Shown here: one piece after another, positions 54,301 to 64,000 of the stretch
Numbering within the stretch: position 1 is the stretch's first letter
Layout: every line of letters starts with the position of its first letter
Assembly (NCBI RefSeq): GCF_006345805.1
Contig: NC_042998.1
Coordinates: 98,766,001-98,830,000 of the forward strand
From: Octopus sinensis
Taxonomy: Eukaryota
Direction: 5' to 3'
DNA length: 64,000 nt
Made by a program: the position numbers and the translations under genes
Notes under the pieces: model-generated
What the model saw: the letters and a program-made list of their open reading frames with translations, nothing else
Told to the model about the DNA's origin: nothing
The model's database searches: none

Positions 54301-55737
54301 ATGTTAACATGCATATTAAACCGTTTTTGTAGTTTATACTACATAAATACTGAGATGCCTCAATTAAAAAATTAATTAAAAATCAGTAATGCAAGAAATA
54401 AGTAGTCACAGACTTAGTGGCAATGGCTAATAAAACCTGTGATTTAGCTTTTTTGTTGATAGTGAATGATATTGCAGATACAGTTAACTTAGCCACCTCT
54501 GCTGTGCTTGTGCTGTTTCCAGAAGTAAGTGCCTAGCCCAAAATACACTTATTTCCTCTCCATTCATTGATACACAATAAAGTAAAGAGAAGTCAGTAGG
54601 TTCTTGACATCCATGGAATTACGTAAGATGCTAGACATTGGTTAAATATAACTGTACACATCTGCTTTGAGTCCTGCAATCTTATGACAGCAAGATGCAA
54701 AATTTTTATGGAGTTACCTTCTCTTACTTGAACAGTTAAAGAACTGAAAAACTTCAACTCCCTCTGTCCAATTGGATGTTCTTCTTCCAAAGGTGATTCT
54801 GTGACAGACTAAATAACCCATAGCTAGGACCCTGACAGATGCTACTACTCCAGATCAGAGCAGGCTTAGGAATGATAGTGGCTAAGAGGGTGTTCCATGC
54901 TCCTCAGAACCTCAGAACCTTGGAACCTCCACACCAGGGCCCCACTACCAGATGCATGCCTAGGACAAAAAAAAAACAACAACAAAGGACAAAAAAAACT
55001 TATAGATAGCTCTATATATATATTTAACTAATATATATATAATCCTTTCTTCTATAGGCACAAGGCCTGAAATTTGGAGGAGAGGATAAGTCAATTACAT
55101 TGACCCCAGTGCGTAATTGGTACTTATTTCATCAACCCTGAAAGGATGAAAGGCAAAGTTGACCTCAGCAGAATTTGAACTCAGAATGTAAAGACAGATC
55201 AACATTGTCTATCTTGGCACAGTTTCTCCAGCTGGATGCCCTTCTTGATGCTAACCACTTTACAGAGTGTATTGGGAGCTTTTTATGTGACACCATCACC
55301 TCTACTCTTTATGGGCCATCAGCACCGTTGTTTTTACATGACACTAGCACCAGTGCTTTTTATGTGGCACCAGCACCGAGAATATATAGTATTTAACCAC
55401 CTTAAAGTGGTTTTGTCAAACGATTTAACCCCATGACTTATTTTTAAGCCTAGTACTTATTGTATCAGTTTCATTGCTGAACTATTAAGTTACAGGGATG
55501 TAAACACACCAACACCAGTTGTCAAGTGATGATAAGAGAGGACACACAGACATGCATGCACATGCACACACACACACACATATGCAACAGGTTCCTTTCT
55601 ATCTACCAAATCCACTCACAAGGTTTTGGTTGGCCCAAAGGTTTAGTAGAAGACACTTTCCCAAGATGTCACACAGTGGGATTGAACCCAGAACCATGTG
55701 GTTGGGAAGCAGGCTTCTTACCACACAGTCATGCCTG

Positions 55738-55768
<31 letters not shown>

Positions 55769-56929
55769 GTAATTTATATTCAGGTATATGCCTTGTAATA
55801 TACTCTTTAAAGCCCATTCACAGTATTCAGTTACCTGATGTCAACAACAGTATGGAAGTATTTGCTACTAGATTTACTTAAGGAAATTTTTTGTGTCCAC
55901 AGAGTTTATATAAAAACTGTGAGAGATAGAAAATGGAATTCATGAAAATCTTTATTCATAATCACTACAACCATTTCAGCCCATCATATGCTGGTACCTT
56001 ACAGGTGAGATGCTGTGTAAACAACTGGTATGCATCATAGGTGCAGATGTGTCTCTTCAGGTGATTTTTCAAAATGTTTCTCATTTTTTACTTGCTGTTT
56101 TGCTTATTTCTGTAACAATACATTTTGGTTAATGTAGCATACAATCCGTCTCCGTCTCTGTAAGGAATCAAGTTATAATGAAAGAATCCTTCTCATATAA
56201 CCAATAAAATAAAGTATACAAGGATAAAAAAATAAGGAATCAATAAAATCAAATCAAATGAAATGTAATACACCAATAATAAAACATAGTTAAATAAAAA
56301 CATAAAGTATACATGTGATCAGAATAGAACAAAACAAAACAAACACAATCTGACATTTATATTGACCTTTACATTTCATCAAAACAAATAAGTTGGCATA
56401 GCCACCTCCTACTCCCAGATACACACACAAACACATACACACACATATATTCATACACAAATATATCTATTTCCTGTATATGTTATATAATATAAATGTA
56501 TATGCTCACACATACACATATATATAAACATATACATGCACCCATATACATAGCCATTAATGCATTTAACTATACCCAACACACACACAACACAAACACA
56601 CGTTCACATAGATCATTATCATCATTATCATCATCATCGTTTAATGCCTGTTTCCCATGCTGGCATAGGTTGGATGGCTTGACAGGAGCTGGTGAGGTCA
56701 GGAGCATGGCACAGTTTCTACAGCTGGATGCCCTTCTTGATGCCAACTGCTTTACCGAGTGTATTGGGGGCTTTTTATGTGGCACCATCACCTCTACTCT
56801 TTATGGGGCACCAGCACCATTGTTTTTTATGTGACCCCAGCACCAGTGCTTTTTATGTGGCACCAGCACCTAGAAAAATAGAATATTTATATGTATCTTG
56901 ACAGTTGAAAACTAATTTTGTAATTAACT

Positions 56930-58226
56930 ATGGAAACCAATTATATAATTAATAAATGGGACAATATCAGGAGTTCTACTCCATTAATATGAAGGCATAT
57001 GACCCAGAAGTTAGGTTGTTGCATTCACAACTGCAAGATCAAGGTGTGTTATGTTCTTGATCAAAAGCCTTTAACTATTTCTTATGAAAACTGGTATTTT
57101 GAATGCACCCTTAATGTTTTAATTATGATGTCCTTTATTAAAGTCACTTTTTGTCAAGTAAGGTCAAAAAAACTGTAGAAAGACCTTCGTGGTAACAAAA
57201 ATGCATTTGCTTACTGTATAACTGTTGACAATTCTGAAAATGCTTATCCTAGGTCACAACTGGTTTGAATATATGTTTTGAATTTCAGAAATATGGACAG
57301 TTGTGAAAGAAGAAAATGCCTTGATGTTTTCTGCTATATTGTTGATGTTACACTTTACCAAGGCAGTGAAACAAAATCACAGATTTTGTGAAGAAAGCTT
57401 ACTTTACTTTCTTTGGCATGAAATTAGGTGATCAAGAAAAACATTGGGCATCCCATATGGTGTGTAAAACATGTGTTGAAACACTGAGACAGTGACTGTT
57501 TTAAATACTTAAATAGAAATTTTTGCAGCTTTGTCTTTTGAGAAAATTAAGGTTGGTGTGTTTGATGGGTCACAGATTAGGTGGTTATTGCAGGTCAGGC
57601 AGTTTTTGGAGACCATGTCTGGCATTAGAAAAGAAGCATGAAATACTTTTGTTACAGTTTTGTCTGGTTTCCTGAGGAACAGGAAGTCATCAAATTATGA
57701 AGAATTTAAAAGTGCCTTTTCTGCACAGTCATCTCGACTACTTTCCTGAAAATCATAATGCAATAAATGATGTGCAAGGAGAAAGATTCTACCAAGACAT
57801 TATGACCATGGAGATTAGGTATCAAGACAGGTAGAACACAAACATGATGGCTGATTACTGTTGGTCTCTGCAAAGAGACTTTCATGATGTAAGTTAGTTA
57901 TGCAAAGCAGCAAAGAGAAAGTTCACTACTTGAGTAGCTGAAACTCCAGTGTGACAAAAAAAAATTATCTTAAGAGGTGTGTTTAAATATTTTGTGTAAT
58001 ATCTTTGTTAATCAATAAAAAGTACAGTTCGGTTTGTATTAGTTTCTTATTTCAGTATTGCATTTCATGGCAAAATGGAAATTTTTTGGAAAAAATTAAT
58101 TTCTGTTTAACAAAAACTTGACACGATAGAACATTTCTGAGGGTATTTCTGAGTCCAGCACTATCATATTAGGTAGGACTAATTGTAAGAAGCAAGACAA
58201 TTAATTTTTTTTCAAAAATGTTCCAC
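56930..58226 (+). mobile_element. Decayed Chapaev3-like (CMC) DNA transposon
   Basis: Remnants KITDFVKKAYFTFFGMKLGDQEKHWASHMVCKTCVETLRQ, KIKVGVFDGSQIR and QGERFYQDIMTMEIRYQ..MMADYCWSL. Ends are approximate. Confidence 0.75.
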
Positions 58227-58632
58227 ATACATACAAGTATGTATATATGAATGTGTGTATATGTATACACACACACTCTTTGGTCCTTGGTCATTGGTCC
58301 GAGAGCATCCCTCTTTCTTCCTTCTTCTTTCTTCTGGCACCAATGGAGAGGCACTTTTATGTGAGGTACTACACAGCTTTTACCTTCTCTACTTTCCCAG
58401 ACTCTGCTACCCTTTCTCTCTCTAGTAGTCACTCACAGACAAAGCTAACTACCATACACAATGGACTATAGAACTAAAAATAATTTGTGTACCATGACAC
58501 TTGGTGACACTGAGATTCTAGTACTGCATGCCTTCTGAACCAATTGCAGTGTATTATTACTCTCCACTCACATACACACATTTTTATAAACAAAATTAGA
58601 TGCATTGATTGGGCTGGCATTTTACAGAAAAT

Positions 58633-58670
58633 AAAGTTGACGAGGGACAACCATCCCGAAACTAGTTTGA
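58633..58670 (+). ncRNA. Variant minimal hammerhead core
   Basis: TTGACGA GGGA caacca TCCC GAAA CTAG T T. Stem II is a perfect 4 bp and stem III is palindromic (AACTAGTT), but C3 is replaced by U and stem I is poor. Confidence 0.45.
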
Positions 58671-58949
58671 GCGTATCACTCAGGCTTGCGAGGAAATGAT
58701 GGCCTCCTTTTGCAAATACTCCAAAGACACAGATATTGTGTTTAGAGCCAGCTAGAGATGAAGATCTCTTGGGGCTATAAAGCTACAGTAACATCCCCTC
58801 CCCAATGTGGTTAGCCATGATAAGATGGCTTCTATACTTTACATAAAGTAAATTTTGAACATGGGATAGCTGTGAAAACAGCCTAGAAAATTGGGTAAAT
58901 ACCCTTGTGTGTATGCGAGTCTATACATATATATATATATATATATATA

Positions 58950-59335
58950 GGCGTAAGGGTGGTTGTGTGGTAAGTAGCTTGCTTATGAACCACATGGTTC
59001 TGGGTTCAGTCCCATTGCGTGGGACCTTGGGCAAGTGTCTTCTACTATAGCCTCGGGCTGACCAAAGCCTTGTGAGTGGATTTCGTAAAATGAAGCTGAA
59101 AGAAGCCCATCATATATATGTATATATGTATGCGTGTGTATATGTTTGTGTGTCTGTGTTTGTCCCCTCAACATCGCTTGACAACCGGTGCTGGTGTGTT
59201 TAGGTTCTCGTAACTTAGCAGTTCGGCAAAAGAGACCAATAGAATAAGTACTAGGCTTACAAAGAATAAGTCTTGGGGTCAATTTGCTCGACCAAAGGCC
59301 TCAGTCACATGACTGAAACAAGTAAAAGAGTAAAG

Positions 59336-59340
<5 letters not shown>
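58950..59340 (+). mobile_element. CORE-type tRNA-derived SINE, family B (full-length copy)
   Basis: Head gtggttgtgtggtaagtagc..gggttcagtccc, CORE-like accttgggcaagtgtctt, internal microsatellite, and tail gactgaaacaagtaaaagag. Other copies include 44390-44890, 43600-43930, 51113-51505 (-), 55440-55735 (-) and 8080-8400 (-). Confidence 0.85.
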
Positions 59341-59373
<33 letters not shown>

Positions 59374-59374
59374 T

Positions 59375-60662
59375 AACCATCGGAGCATACTGAAGCTAGT
59401 ATGCTCCGATGGATGTGTAACGTCAGTGTTCATAATCGACAGAGTGTAAGTACCTTGAGAGAAAAGTTGAACCTAAGAAGCATCAGTTGTTGTGTGCAAG
59501 AGAGACGTATGCGCTGGTATGGTCATGTGATGAGAATGGCTGAAGATAGTTGTGTGCGAAAGTGCCACACCCTGGCAGTTGAGGGGACCTGTGGAAGAGG
59601 TAGATCCAGGAAAACCTGGGTCGAGGCGGTGAAGCACGACCTTCGAACTTTAGGTCTCACCAAGGAAATGACCAGTGACCGAGACCTTTGGAGGTATGCT
59701 GTGCGTGAGAAAACCCGGCAAGACCAGTGAGAACAGTCAAAATCAAGATCAAACCAAATTGAGGTCGATCAACATCAGGGCCCCCGTGCAGGTGACACGT
59801 AAAAGTACCATCCGTTCGTAGCCGTTTGCCAGCCCTGTCTGGCCCCCGTGTCGGTGGCACGTAAAAGCACCATCCGTTCGTGTTCGTTGCCAGCCTGGCC
59901 TGGCCCCCATGCCGGTGACACGTAAAAGCACCATCCGTTTGTGGCCGTTTGCCAGCTCTGTCTGGCCCCCGTGCCGGTGACACGTAAAAGCACCATCCGT
60001 TCATGGCCGTTTGCCAGCTCTGTCTGGCCCCCGTGCCGGTGACACGTAAAAGCACCATCCGTTCGTGACCGTTTGCCAGCCCTGTCTGGCCCCCATGTCG
60101 GTGACATGTAAAAGCACCATCCGTTCGTGTCCGTTGCCAGCCTCGCCTGGCCCCCGTGCCGGTGACACGTAAAAGCACCATCCGTTTCATGGCCGTTTGC
60201 CAGCCCTGTCTGGCCCCCGTGTCGGTGGCATGTAAAAGCACCATCCGTTCGTGCCCGTTGCCAGCCTCGCCTGGCCCCCGTGCCGGTGACACGTAAAAGC
60301 ACCATCCGTTTCGTGGCCGTTTGCCAGCTCTGTCTGGCCCCCGTGTTGGTGGCACGTAAAAGCACCATCCGTTCGTGTCCGTTGCCAGCCTGGCCTGGCC
60401 CTGTGCCGGTGACACGTAAAAGCACCATCCGTTCGTGGCCGTTTGCCAGCTCTGTCTGGCACCTGTGCGGGTGGCACGTAAAAAGCACCCACTACACTCA
60501 CGGAGTGGTTGGCGTTAGGAAGGGCATCCAGCCGTAGAAACACTGCCAGATCTGACTGGGCCTGATGAAGCCTTCCAGCTTCACAGACCCCAGTTGAACC
60601 GTCCAACCTATGCTAGCATGGATAACGGACGCTAAATGATGATGATGATGATGATGATGATG
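59375..60662 (+). mobile_element. RTE-clade LINE 3' fragment with an expanded UTR minisatellite
   Basis: ORF 59401-59730 (QERRMRWYGHVMRM...GRGRSRKTW), then the repeat array and a (GAT)n tail. Confidence 0.88.
59778..60490 (+). repeat. ~60-bp minisatellite, about 11.5 units
   Basis: Unit ggcccccgtgccggtgacacgtaaaagcaccatccgttcgtggccgtttgccagctctgtct. I count 11 aaaagcaccatcc-type motifs plus a terminal variant. Confidence 0.95.
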
Positions 60663-61154
60663 ATACACAAACATGCTTACATGTATATGTACATATACAG
60701 CTACATATATGCATACGTGTGTATGTGTGTGTCAGAGTGTGTGTGCATATGTGTATAATTACTTTGTGTACCTTAGTTTTCTGAACAGATAATCCATATT
60801 TCTGAGTCCCATAAGCACTGACTAAAATCCTTGCCATCAAGGACAGCATCTCCCTTTAAAACACTCCCTACTAGAAATCTTGTCTATCCCATGACAGCAT
60901 AAAAATGCGAGCATGTAAATAACTATGATACATATCTTCACATTATGATTATTGCAGCAAGCAACAGTCATAATCCATTTACAATATTTGCTATATATAC
61001 CTTAGCAAAATAAAATATTTCCTTTACATTCAGAAGCAGTGTGTTTACAATTTGTTAATAAACCACTCCATACACCAAATACAAACCGGTTTGTCAAGGA
61101 ATACATGCATACATACACACGTGTGTACATGTGTGTGTGTATGTATATATGTAA

Positions 61155-61185
<31 letters not shown>

Positions 61186-61189
61186 TATC

Positions 61190-63000
61190 ATTATCATCAT
61201 CATCGTTGTTTAACGTCTGCTTTCCATGCTTGCATGTGTTTGATAGTTTGACTGAGGACTGGCAAGCCAGAAGGCTGTACCAGGCTCCAGTTTGATCTGG
61301 CAAGGTTTCTACAGCTGGATGCCCTTCCTAGCACCAACCACTCCGAGAGTGTAGTAGGTGCTTTTTACATGCCACCGGCATGAAGGCTTGTCAGGCAGTA
61401 CTGGCATGAACCACACTAGAATGGTGCTTTTTGCATGCCGCTGGCACGTGAGCCAGTCAGGCAGTACTGGCATTGGCCATGATAGTTATTTCACTTAACT
61501 CAACAATAAACTTCTCAAGTACAGTTTATTGCTCAATTATTGAAGGGACTCTTAAATCAGCTGGTTATGCTGCACTAGCATAGGCCACGGTTACGGTCTC
61601 ACTTAGCTTGCCAGGTCTTCTCAAGTACAGCATATCTCCAAAGGTCTCAGTCACTTGTCTTCACTTCCGTGAGGCCAGATGTTCAATGGTCGTGCTTCAC
61701 CACCTCATCCCAGGTCTTCCTGGGTCTACCTCTTCCACAGATTCATTCTACTGCTAGGATGTGACACTTTTTTACACAGCTGTCCTCATCCATACGCAAC
61801 ACATGACCATACCAGCGCAGTCATCTGTTTGCACACCACATCTGATGCTTCTTATGTCTAACTTTTCTCTCAGGGTGCTTACACTCTGTTGTGTATGCAC
61901 ACTGACATTACACATCCGGCAGATCATACTAGCTTCATTTCTTGCAAGCTTCTGCATGTCCTCAGCAGTCACAGTGCATGTTTCACTGTCATGTAGCATG
62001 GCTGTTCACACACATGCATCATACAGTCTAACTTTCACTCTGAGTGAGAGGCCCTTTGATACCAGCAGATGTAGGAGCTTGCTGAACTTTGCCCAGGCTA
62101 TTCTTATTCTATCATGTACACTCTCAGAGCATCCGACCCGACAACTGACTTGGTCACCTAGGTAATGGAAACTATCAACTACTTCTAGTTTTTCCTCCTG
62201 GTATGTGATAGAAGATATTGTCTGCACATTTTCAGTGTTTATTGTCCCTGTGCATCTGCCACACATAAAAACTATCTTCCCAGTTAGCCTTCCTTTGATA
62301 TTGCTGCACCTCTTCTGTGTCCATAGCTTACACCAGGGACATCTTATGGAGTTTCTACCTATGCCTTTTCCACAGATTGAGCAGAGCCATCTGCCTGAAG
62401 AGATTTGTGATTTGTCTGCCATCCTACTTACTGAGACTGGTTTTCTACTAGATTGTCTCTAAGGCCCTTCGATTCTAGACCTTGCTTCCACACCTGAAAC
62501 TTCTCCTCTAATTCTGATAGTGACAGCTATTAGAGGAAGGTCATCAGCATAGAGGAGCTCCCAGGGGCATCCTATCTTGAATTCCTCTGTTATTGCCTGG
62601 AGGACTATGATGAATCAGAGGGGGCTGTGGACCCCTACCCCTACCCAGAATTCTTCACTATACTTATTGCCAACCTCTCTTTACTGACAGCATCCCTGCA
62701 CATGGCTTGTAAGTTCTCACTAGCCATTCATCTATCCCTAGTTTCCACATCGTCCACCAGATAAGAGATCAGGGGACCTTGTCAAAAGCTTTCTCCATGT
62801 CAATGAAAGCCAAGTCCAGAGGTTTATCTTTGACTTAGTATTTCTCCTGCAGCTGTCTTACCAGGAATATGGCATCAGTGGTGCTTCTCTCTGGCACAAA
62901 CCCAAACTGCATCTTGTCTAAACTAACTCTCTCCCTAATTAGTTGGGCTAACTTTCATCACCTGATCCAACAATTTGATACCTCTGTAATTATTCGTATC
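61190..63000 (-). mobile_element. RTE-clade LINE, decayed RT with a PHD-like insert
   Basis: NYRGIKLL, QFGFVPERSTTDAIF, FIDMEKAFDKVP, YADD (near 62545), a Cys-rich insert, FHYLG and the 3'UTR. Several stops and frameshifts. Confidence 0.9.
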
Positions 63001-63183
63001 TAATGTGTCACCTTTACTTTTGTAGCAGTTGACAATGGTGCTGCTATACTAGTCATTGGGTATGACTCCTTCGTACATACATACTCACACACAAACACAC
63101 ATATGCATACATACATACATACATGCATACATACATACATACATACATACATACATACATTCATACATACATATATATATACA

Positions 63184-63429
63184 CAGGGTGGTGCAAAAGT
63201 AGGTATACAGTTATAAAAGAAAACATGTACAATACTCATTTATTTTTATCAAAAAAATTAAAAGTTGCAATAAAAGTATTATTATAGTTATGATAGATGT
63301 ATCATTATGATTAACAACACTGAAAATATATCTAAAATGAGGCTAACTAATTTAATGTGATAATAATTTTAATGAATTAAGTACTATGACATGTGATACT
63401 TAGTGTATACTTACTTTTGCACCCCACTG
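63184..63429. mobile_element. Tc1-like MITE
   Basis: TIRs cagggtggtgcaaaagtaggtataca / tgtatacttacttttgcaccccactg. Confidence 0.82.
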
Positions 63430-63871
63430 TATGTCTGTCTGTCTGTCTGTATGTATGTATGTATGTATGTCATTATCATTATCATTATTTAATGTTTGTC
63501 TTCTACGTTGGTATGATATATATATATATATATATAGGAGAGTGCATATGTGTATATATGGACATGTTGAACAAACTTTCTTAGTTATGTTTGATTTTAT
63601 ACATTATGAGTCACTGTTGAATGGCTGACACAATTCTTTTTTACCCCTTCCTCACCTGAGTATTGAAAGTAACACTGAATATTTTCATCCTGTATTACTT
63701 TATTTGAATGGATAGGAATGTTTCTTTTTGATTATGTTTTATATCATTCTTCCCATAAAAATGTACACTTATAAATATATGAACATGTGTGAGAGTGTAT
63801 ACAAATGACTACATGCATATATATGTATGTATGTATATGTATGTATGTATGTATGTATGTAAAAAAAAAAA

Positions 63872-64000
63872 GACTCCGCCGGTTACGACGATGAGGGTCC
63901 CAGCTGATACGATCAACGGAACAGTTTGCTCGTGAAATTAACGTGCAAATGGCTGAGCATTCCACAGACACGTGTACCCTTAACGTAGTTCTCGGGGATA
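63872..64000 (-). mobile_element. SINE 3' portion, cut by the window edge
   Basis: The reverse complement ccccgagaactacgttaagggtacacgtgtctgtgg...cgtcgtaaccggcggagtc resembles a recalled octopus SINE tail and ends at a T/A tract. Confidence 0.55.

Noticed and set aside
56003-56157. Minus-strand exon-like segment with a good acceptor and GTAAGG donor
   Set aside because: It has stops in all three frames. A non-coding exon cannot be supported without transcript data.
59778-60490. CRISPR-like regular array
   Set aside because: The units are contiguous near-identical repeats with no unique spacers, inside a eukaryotic RTE 3'UTR. No cas genes are present.

Overview
AT-rich, microsatellite- and transposon-dense animal genomic DNA, most likely an octopus (inferred from the SINE/RTE repeat families). 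The only host gene I can support is the 5' part of unc80 (NALCN channel complex subunit) on the minus strand. Its four coding exons (46883-46798, 39467-39419, 12239-10003, 8850-8609) join in frame through GT-AG sites, and I could not find the next exon. The rest is intron and upstream DNA holding CR1/Jockey-like, RTE and R4/Dong-like LINE fragments, tRNA-derived SINEs, mariner/Tc1, hAT and Chapaev-like DNA transposon remnants, and Helitron-like pieces. The most notable signal is a set of minimal type I hammerhead ribozyme cores in several unrelated repeat families. These include a near-identical tandem pair 560 nt apart (retrozyme/Penelope-like layout) and a ~260-bp element with terminal inverted repeats present twice in opposite orientation. 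All structures were folded by eye, and family names come from recalled motifs, not from searches.
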